This document shows, piece by piece, positions 58,380 to 64,000 of a DNA stretch of 64,000 bases. The notes beneath the pieces were generated by a model. The model was given only the letters and a program-made list of their open reading frames with translations, made no database searches and had not been told where the DNA came from. Origin of the DNA: Escherichia phage EcWhh-1; sequence record MH791409.1, one strand, 5' to 3'. Made by a program: the position numbers and the translations under genes. Numbering within the stretch: position 1 is the first letter of the stretch; each line of letters starts with the position of its first letter.

Positions 58380-58608
58380 CGTCTCGTTCCCATGATTGTT
58401 TAAAGATATCTCGTATAATAATTTCAACACATGTTTCTGTTGACGGACTTTCACTATCAGATATTTGGACCATATAATCAGAAATAGGTCGGAACATATC
58501 CAAGTCGCTTTCTAAATCTTCTTTGATTTTCTCTTCTGATGTTCCGGTGTCATAGGAATACAGATAAGAATCACATGACTCGGATTTAATATAAATTGCA
58601 ATACTCAT
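58372..58608 (-). CDS. hypothetical acidic protein, 78 aa
   Basis: ATGA overlap with the upstream gene. Confidence 0.5.
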   Translation of the reverse strand: MSIAIYIKSESCDSYLYSYDTGTSEEKIKEDLESDLDMFRPISDYMVQISDSESPSTETCVEIIIRDIFKQSWERDDE

Positions 58609-59192
58609 TTACGGCATTCCTCAATAAAGGAGTTCAATGTATTTTTCTTGGTGTTATCATCATATACCTTTTTAACTTTAGAAATACGAAAAGGTACTTC
58701 GATAACCGAGGTCCATAAAAATGACGCAATAAGACCTGAGATAGCCGCAGACATCGCTGAAGCAAATACACAAATAGGCAGGTCATTATCTGTTTTCAGG
58801 AAAAACCAAAGGAGTGGAAAAAATAATATTCCCATCCAAACATAGAACCTAGAACTCACTAATTTGTCATATTCGTCACTCCATGCACGAAAGCCGTATT
58901 TTTTGCTATAACAAATCAATGGGTCGGGTGTCTGTTCTTTGAGTGGTTCTGGTTGCCAACCGTTTACGATATAGCCCATTTTATATTCCTCAATTAAAAG
59001 CCGTTTCATTTCAGCAGTACAACCGGACCAATCTATCGTACTAGCTGGAATTCCTTCATCGCCATCATCAATATTTCGCCAAGACTTTTTAATAACCATA
59101 TTCTCACCACTTGGGATAATAATTCCAGCATTTTCCGACCGACGGATGAAGTTTGCATCAATACCCATACACCCAGGTTCATAAAGGGCCAT
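58605..59192 (-). CDS. membrane protein, 195 aa
   Basis: C-terminal half has 2-3 TM segments (FYVWMGILFFPLLWFFL; CVFASAMSAAISGLIASFLW). Confidence 0.55.
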   Translation of the reverse strand: MALYEPGCMGIDANFIRRSENAGIIIPSGENMVIKKSWRNIDDGDEGIPASTIDWSGCTAEMKRLLIEEYKMGYIVNGWQPEPLKEQTPDPLICYSKKYGFRAWSDEYDKLVSSRFYVWMGILFFPLLWFFLKTDNDLPICVFASAMSAAISGLIASFLWTSVIEVPFRISKVKKVYDDNTKKNTLNSFIEECRK

Positions 59193-59878
59193 TACCAGCC
59201 CTCCATAGGAAATTCCAGATAAACTTGAGCATTAACACGGATTTCATTAGTAATCTTTTTAACACGGTCGGTATTACGAGAGACACGACCAAACCAGCGC
59301 CAACCGTTACTTACTGCACGAGAACCTGTATGCCATGTCTGCCAATCAAACTGGAGTAACGTGCGGTCAGGGGCATCCCACTTGGTTAATTCATTAGACT
59401 CAATTTTTTCCAGAACTTCTTTATGCCACTGGCGATAGATAAGTTCGCCTTCAGGAATCTGGCTAAATTGTGCAGTTCCGGTTGCAAAATAAGTAGGACA
59501 CACATCAGCGTTAACAAGACCGAGAATATGTTCAGAATGGTAACGAGGATTATCATAATCAGGTTGCCCTGCGGTAATAAAGTGCTGGCCAACCGGAATA
59601 TCCGGACGCGGTACATCATCATGATGATAACCTGGGATAGCAGGGTACCAACCAGGCATCAGCATATGAACACGAGAATCAAATACAACCTGGTCGGTGT
59701 TCCAATCATCTGGTAGGTTCATGATGAAGCTGCGGGTAATAGGTCCGCCATTATCAAAAGCGAAGGCTAACGAGCTGTTGAAGAACATAGGTTCGTTTTT
59801 GATTTTATCATTAGAAATTTTACCAGCGAAACCGCCTACTGCACGAGCTTTAGAATTAAAAGTTTTTGGACCGTTCAT
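59192..59878 (-). CDS. putative Fe(II)/2-oxoglutarate dioxygenase-like protein
   Basis: 228 aa. HxD candidate YHHDD, distal H in QTWHTG, and an RVS (RxS) 15 residues later. This pattern reading needs a fold search. Confidence 0.4.
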   Translation of the reverse strand: MNGPKTFNSKARAVGGFAGKISNDKIKNEPMFFNSSLAFAFDNGGPITRSFIMNLPDDWNTDQVVFDSRVHMLMPGWYPAIPGYHHDDVPRPDIPVGQHFITAGQPDYDNPRYHSEHILGLVNADVCPTYFATGTAQFSQIPEGELIYRQWHKEVLEKIESNELTKWDAPDRTLLQFDWQTWHTGSRAVSNGWRWFGRVSRNTDRVKKITNEIRVNAQVYLEFPMEGW

Positions 59879-59892
59879 AATATTTTCCTCAC

Positions 59893-60105
59893 TTACTTTT
59901 TGTTGAAAAAGTACATTTTACCTTTAGGGGACAAGGATACACGAAGTGCATTACCAATACCAACTGAACATTTAACCAGGTCAGCAGATTTCAATTCACC
60001 AAATGCTTGACGAAGGTCTCCATCACGAGTGTTAACCATCAGGCATTTAGCACCAGCTGCACGAACTTCGTTTAACATGTTGATTGCTTGATTAGAAAGT
60101 TTCAT
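59893..60105 (-). CDS. hypothetical protein, 70 aa
   Basis: Start moved to ATG 60105 (GGAG SD). The longer track ORF runs through its own promoter. Confidence 0.5.
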   Translation of the reverse strand: MKLSNQAINMLNEVRAAGAKCLMVNTRDGDLRQAFGELKSADLVKCSVGIGNALRVSLSPKGKMYFFNKK

Positions 60106-60142
60106 TTTATTCTCCATTTCACTCTGTTGTTTTGATAGGTCT

Positions 60143-60171
60143 ATAGTATCACACCTATAGACCTTGTAAAC
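60143..60171 (-). promoter_or_regulatory. early-type promoter
   Basis: GTTTAC (60171-60166), 17 nt, TACTAT (60148-60143). Confidence 0.6.
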
Positions 60172-60183
60172 AATTTTATGCAA

Positions 60184-61143
60184 TTATTTTTCGAAAGGAC
60201 GAATTAAATGATGGTTATCTTGGAATCGTTTGATGTAGTCACTTTCACCTAAAGTCTTGTACATATTAACCACAGCTTGGTAGTTTTCCCATGCATAAGT
60301 GCGGAACCAACCTGAAGTGATTGAGGTACACACTTTCTCAAGAGCCATATAGAAACTTAATGATGGTGAAATATTGAAGTCATTAGGAACCTGTGAACGT
60401 TCTAGTGCCAGGACACAAGTTTCTTCATATACACCAGCCAGTTTAATAGCTTCAGGCAAAGCCTCGAACTTCTCACGAGAGGTCATGACTTCAGAACCTT
60501 CCTTCATATAAAAGGTATATGCAGGGCGCCCTGCCAATGCCACTGCTTCATGGATAGAGTCGTGGTCTAGCGTATAAATGGTATCGTTAAAGAACGATGA
60601 TTTGTTTACATCCAATTTAGGGTGCTTGTAGCTCAACGTTTCTTTTTGACGTTGCAGCATAATTTCCTGGAGTTCTTCGTTCAGGGTGATACCTTTATTA
60701 CGAAGGTATTTGATGTGGGACATAGTTTTCAGGAAGAAAGGATTATTCTTCAGGAAACGATGAGAGGTTTTGATAGCCAGACAGATATCAGGCGTGGCCC
60801 AATAAAAGCCTGTCATACGGTCCTTTTTAATATGATTTTCAGCATATTTTAGGAGACGATAACTTGAGGTGAAATCTTCGTCTTGAAGCTCACCGGTGAT
60901 TTCTCGTACGTTAGTCAGAGCACGAACGATATATGCTTCAAAATAGGTTTCTTTACCGTTGTACATGCATTTAAAAGCCTGGACATCAGGGTTATCCACA
61001 GGAACATGGGCGCCGAACATCCGAGCTTTAAAGTGGTTCCATGAGCCTTGGTCGGCAATGAAATCCCAATCAGAATTTTCGATATACTTACTTTCAATCA
61101 GACCAGCGTGGTGCAGTGCACGAGAACCAATAACTAACATCAT
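60184..61143 (-). CDS. hypothetical protein, 319 aa (possible pol-beta-like NTase N-terminus)
   Basis: N-terminal VIGSRAL...NSDWDFI loosely fits the G-S...D-x-D pattern. Otherwise unrecognised. Confidence 0.5.
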   Translation of the reverse strand: MMLVIGSRALHHAGLIESKYIENSDWDFIADQGSWNHFKARMFGAHVPVDNPDVQAFKCMYNGKETYFEAYIVRALTNVREITGELQDEDFTSSYRLLKYAENHIKKDRMTGFYWATPDICLAIKTSHRFLKNNPFFLKTMSHIKYLRNKGITLNEELQEIMLQRQKETLSYKHPKLDVNKSSFFNDTIYTLDHDSIHEAVALAGRPAYTFYMKEGSEVMTSREKFEALPEAIKLAGVYEETCVLALERSQVPNDFNISPSLSFYMALEKVCTSITSGWFRTYAWENYQAVVNMYKTLGESDYIKRFQDNHHLIRPFEK

Positions 61144-61156
61144 AATATTTTCCTCA

Positions 61157-61324
61157 TTAGTAGAGACGAGTTACTTCATATTTACCTAGTTCAGATTTTT
61201 TTGCTTCAACACGCGTGGCAGCGAGATTAGCGGCCTCTAGTGAAGAAAATTGAAGCACTTGTGAAGTATTCTGCCTTACGCCACCTTGTGGGTGAGTAAC
61301 AAAAACAATAAGAACATTATACAT
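61157..61324 (-). CDS. hypothetical small protein, 55 aa
   Basis: Below cutoff. GAGGAAAATATT-ATG leader identical to that of the next gene. MYNVLIVFVTHPQGGVRQNTSQ... Confidence 0.5.
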   Translation of the reverse strand: MYNVLIVFVTHPQGGVRQNTSQVLQFSSLEAANLAATRVEAKKSELGKYEVTRLY

Positions 61325-61345
61325 AATATTTTCCTCAGAGTAAAC

Positions 61346-61585
61346 TTAAATTTCGGCAACGTAAGTATTATGCAATTCCCACATATCATCGGAATTACTC
61401 TCAACGATAGGAATTATCTCATTAGAAATTTCTTCTGCATAAGGGTCATTGATACAGTGGGCATCTTCAAAACGAACACCGTAATCAGACTTCTTATAGG
61501 CAAAGCCATAAATCTTTTTAAACTTGGCACGAGTAATGCGTACCGGTTCATTAGACTTATCGGACATCGGAGCGTAATACCACAT
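61346..61585 (-). CDS. hypothetical protein, 79 aa
   Basis: GAGGAG SD. A promoter-like element lies upstream (TACTAT 61618-61613, ATGTAC 61642-61637). Confidence 0.5.
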   Translation of the reverse strand: MWYYAPMSDKSNEPVRITRAKFKKIYGFAYKKSDYGVRFEDAHCINDPYAEEISNEIIPIVESNSDDMWELHNTYVAEI

Positions 61586-61628
61586 ATGTTCTCCTCATGT
61601 TTGTGTAGGGTAATAGTAACACGTATTT

Positions 61629-61958
61629 TTAGAGTTGTACATCACTTCTGCAATATTCTAAAAATAATTTATCGTTGTCTACCGTATCCCAACGACGCCA
61701 AGATGGATTCCAGACCAGAGCGTTGTCACCACAATCATTGAGCTTAAAATGGTCGTAGTACATAGCTATACGTCTAGTTTCGTCACCAGAGAACCCCAGT
61801 ATAGGCTCACCATGGGTGTGATACATATGATGGTGCATTGAGAGGTCGCATTTGTAAAACATCTCACGTTTACCACGAACGAACAAGAAGGCTTGCCCAT
61901 TCATATAGAATTCTTTGTCTGTTTTCAAAAGATATTTGAATACCGAATCTTTATGCAT
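61629..61958 (-). CDS. hypothetical His-rich protein, 109 aa
   Basis: Start moved to ATG 61958 (AGGAGG SD). Confidence 0.5.
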   Translation of the reverse strand: MHKDSVFKYLLKTDKEFYMNGQAFLFVRGKREMFYKCDLSMHHHMYHTHGEPILGFSGDETRRIAMYYDHFKLNDCGDNALVWNPSWRRWDTVDNDKLFLEYCRSDVQL

Positions 61959-61988
61959 AAATCCTCCTACCACATCCATGTGGTTAAA

Positions 61989-62216
61989 TTATTTTCCTAA
62001 CGAAACACGAGTAGGTTTTTTACCAAAATAGTCTTCGTAAGAACCATCTAAACGACCTGCTTTAGACCGACAATACGAATCATACTTTTTGTAATAAGTC
62101 ATCTCAGTATTATAACGTGGGTGTCTATCGGCCATAATAATACTTAGTGGCCAACCTTTGGCATAATCGCGAAGACCGTTTATTTTACGAATGTATCGTT
62201 TTTTCAATTTTAGCAT
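61989..62216 (-). CDS. hypothetical basic protein, 75 aa
   Basis: Coding-strand ORF that overlaps the upstream family member by 7 nt. Confidence 0.5.
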   Translation of the reverse strand: MLKLKKRYIRKINGLRDYAKGWPLSIIMADRHPRYNTEMTYYKKYDSYCRSKAGRLDGSYEDYFGKKPTRVSLGK

Positions 62217-62434
62217 GAGCTTGGGTACCAGATTTCACCATCGGCACGAGCAACGAAGGTGCGACCAGCTTCTTCACCATAACAAGAGCTATTCAGCCAA
62301 TCTTCGAGACGAACTTCACCGTCATAATCGTCGAGCTCAACACCAAAATCCTGAGCAGAAGCCATATCTTTTACTTTCTTATACAGTGCAGCCAGTTCAA
62401 GTGCCGCTTTTTCTAATTCATTAATAGTAGTCAT
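62210..62434 (-). CDS. W-x-S-S-C C-terminal-motif family member 1 (74 aa)
   Basis: Start at ATG 62434 (TAA-GGTGATAAAA-ATG). Ends GEIWYPSSC*. Acidic. Confidence 0.6.
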   Translation of the reverse strand: MTTINELEKAALELAALYKKVKDMASAQDFGVELDDYDGEVRLEDWLNSSCYGEEAGRTFVARADGEIWYPSSC

Positions 62435-62444
62435 TTTTATCACC

Positions 62445-62654
62445 TTAGCAAGACATAGAGGAGCTAAACCAGAAACCTTCACCTTCAGGAATACCGTAAT
62501 CATCACGGACCCATTCGTAATCATCATATTCCGGACTAGAAGCTGGAATATATTCTTCGCCACCAGCGTGGAAGTGCTGACCTGTTTCGTCAGCCACGGA
62601 CTGGCCTTTACGTACTAATTCACGGATTTGTTTTTCAATTTCATCAATAGTCAT
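62445..62654 (-). CDS. W-x-S-S-S-x-x-C family member 2 (69 aa)
   Basis: Ends GFWFSSSMSC*. TAAGGAAATAAA-ATG junction. Confidence 0.6.
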   Translation of the reverse strand: MTIDEIEKQIRELVRKGQSVADETGQHFHAGGEEYIPASSPEYDDYEWVRDDYGIPEGEGFWFSSSMSC

Positions 62655-62663
62655 TTTATTTCC

Positions 62664-62861
62664 TTAGCATTCGTAAGAGGAGGACACCCAGGAGCCACCT
62701 GTAATTGTAATACAGCCATTGTAAATCGTGATATGACGGTCCAGATGGTTTTCACCATCGATATAGATATCAGCTTCTTCGCGTTCTTCTTTACAAATCT
62801 GGATAACGTTTTCAATAGCTGCGGCTGCAGTACGGATTGCACAATCTAGTTCACGAGACAT
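62664..62861 (-). CDS. W-x-S-S-S-x-x-C family member 3 (65 aa)
   Basis: Ends GSWVSSSYEC*. TAAGGAATTATT-ATG junction. Confidence 0.6.
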   Translation of the reverse strand: MSRELDCAIRTAAAAIENVIQICKEEREEADIYIDGENHLDRHITIYNGCITITGGSWVSSSYEC

Positions 62862-62870
62862 AATAATTCC

Positions 62871-63152
62871 TTAACATTCAGAAGAAGAGGACACCCAACC
62901 ACCATTTTCTAGGCTGGTAGTGTAATCATGTTGGTTTACAATAGCGTACTGAGCTTCACCGTATTCTTCCCAGTGGGCAAGGTCGGCTTTCAGGGCGCCA
63001 GGAGAATAATAGTCACCGCCCATACCGCGAGCAGGGTATATATTAAAATGAGTCTCATATTTGTTAGCAATTTCCTCAGCACGTCGAATAGCTTTATGGA
63101 TATCATTTACTGCTTTGGCCAGCTCTTTATTTTTACGGTAATCATTCATCAT
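62871..63152 (-). CDS. W-x-S-S-S-x-x-C family member 4 (93 aa)
   Basis: Ends GGWVSSSSEC*. TAAGGAAACACT-ATG junction. Confidence 0.6.
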   Translation of the reverse strand: MMNDYRKNKELAKAVNDIHKAIRRAEEIANKYETHFNIYPARGMGGDYYSPGALKADLAHWEEYGEAQYAIVNQHDYTTSLENGGWVSSSSEC

Positions 63153-63161
63153 AGTGTTTCC

Positions 63162-63452
63162 TTAGCACATTGCTGAAGAGGAGACCCAAGCACCAACTGT
63201 AACGACACCATTTTCAACTTCACCGCCGTTGTTTTCAATTTCATCTTTAAACCACTGGGAGCATTCATAACCGACAGGATAATATGTACGGCCTGAACCA
63301 TAATCACCGGTGCCGAATTGGATACCATACTTATCGGCAATAGCTTCGCATTCATGTTCGATGGCATCTACTTTATTCAGAAGAGCATAGATAGCCTTTT
63401 CTGCAGATTTCTCGTCATTGTGTTCTGGGATTTCAATTTCAATTTTATTCAT
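63162..63452 (-). CDS. W-x-S-S-S-x-x-C family member 5 (96 aa)
   Basis: Ends GAWVSSSAMC*. ATGA overlap with the upstream membrane-protein gene. Confidence 0.6.
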   Translation of the reverse strand: MNKIEIEIPEHNDEKSAEKAIYALLNKVDAIEHECEAIADKYGIQFGTGDYGSGRTYYPVGYECSQWFKDEIENNGGEVENGVVTVGAWVSSSAMC

Positions 63453-63802
63453 GATTTACATTCCTTAATAAAGGTTTCAAGGTCATTACGTTTAGTTTGT
63501 TTTACATACTCATTATAATTAGCCATCTCTAAAGCATATCTCTTACGGATGGGAGCATTCAAAGCATTTGTATGGCAAATATCATACACGAGAGGGATAA
63601 AATAGGCCACAACTGCTGGAGCGATTATCATATAGAAACCCATCTCAATAGGTGTGACTCCTTCGATTACAGCCATAACCACGGTCATTACCAGGCCAAT
63701 TAGGCCACCAAGCATGGCTGTAACAATCCCTAATAATAAATTGGCACCAATATCATATTCAGCCAATTGATAAACATGCGATGAAAGACTAGGCCGTTCC
63801 AT
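63449..63802 (-). CDS. membrane protein, 117 aa
   Basis: Start moved to ATG 63802 (AAAGAGG SD). Three TM segments. Confidence 0.5.
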   Translation of the reverse strand: MERPSLSSHVYQLAEYDIGANLLLGIVTAMLGGLIGLVMTVVMAVIEGVTPIEMGFYMIIAPAVVAYFIPLVYDICHTNALNAPIRKRYALEMANYNEYVKQTKRNDLETFIKECKS

Positions 63803-63989
63803 TTTGAACCTCTTTAGCGTATTCACGGCATTCAGCAATAAAGCGATTAAGCTTCCGTTGTTGTTTACGACTTTCTAATGTGTACTCAGCAGTTAAGATA
63901 CCAAGCTCGGCTTTATCATAATTTTTAATATCAGTGTAAGATGGTCGACGGTCGACCATTCCAAATACATCACCATTTTCTAAAGCCAC
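63789..63989 (-). CDS. hypothetical protein, possibly 5'-truncated by window edge
   Basis: The track start is GTG 63989. The frame stays open to the window end at 64000. Confidence 0.4.
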   Translation of the reverse strand: MALENGDVFGMVDRRPSYTDIKNYDKAELGILTAEYTLESRKQQRKLNRFIAECREYAKEVQNGTA

Positions 63990-64000
63990 ATAGCATACTA

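Noticed and set aside
62651-63367. Alternative-frame ORFs 62651-62842 and 63149-63367 inside the W-x-S-S-S-x-x-C gene array.
   Set aside because: They overlap the paralogous family frames. Those family frames are supported by five-fold conservation and stereotyped junctions.
1-64000. Searched for CRISPR arrays, rRNA, tRNA clusters, integrase/att sites, introns or inteins in genes 43, 41 and others.
   Set aside because: No regularly spaced direct repeats were found and there are no rRNA- or tRNA-like segments. All large genes are colinear with their T4 counterparts without insertions.

Overview
The window is the early and replication arm of a T-even (T4-like) myovirus. From my memory of Soc and gp43, the closest relative looks like RB69. 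About 130 tightly packed ORFs are present, and all but one lie on the minus strand. Gene order is colinear with T4: 39 (fused 39+60), dexA, dda, srd slot, modA/modB, soc, 56, 61, sp, dmd, 41, 40, uvsX, beta-gt slot, 42, imm, 43, regA, 62, 44, 45, rpbA, 46, 47, 55, 49, nrdC, tk, regB, denV, e, nudE. I found no rRNA, tRNA or CRISPR. Regulatory elements that can be read directly: about 24 early-promoter-like copies (GTTTAC, 17-18 nt spacer, TAnnAT), often just downstream of UUCG-loop terminators; several MotA-box middle promoters; three exact late promoters (TATAAATA); and the T4-type SD-sequestering hairpin switches at genes e and 49. Main hunt results follow. (1) A five-gene, translationally coupled module links a nucleotidyltransferase-kinase fusion, a HAD phosphatase, a P-loop kinase, a divergent dCMP hydroxymethylase and an orphan 297-aa protein sitting in the beta-gt slot. 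No alpha-gt is present between 47 and 55. This is a candidate non-glucose (arabinose-type?) hmC hypermodification system. (2) Five tandem small acidic paralogues all end in the motif G-x-W-[VFY]-[SP]-S-S-x(0,2)-C at the C-terminus. (3) An ADP-ribosylation toolkit is present: ModA/ModB, an Arr-like protein next to Dmd, and a macro domain. (4) Several accessory paralogue families and shuffled promoter cassettes occur. (5) About 15 micro-ORFs below the track cutoff are supported by SD sequences and start/stop coupling.
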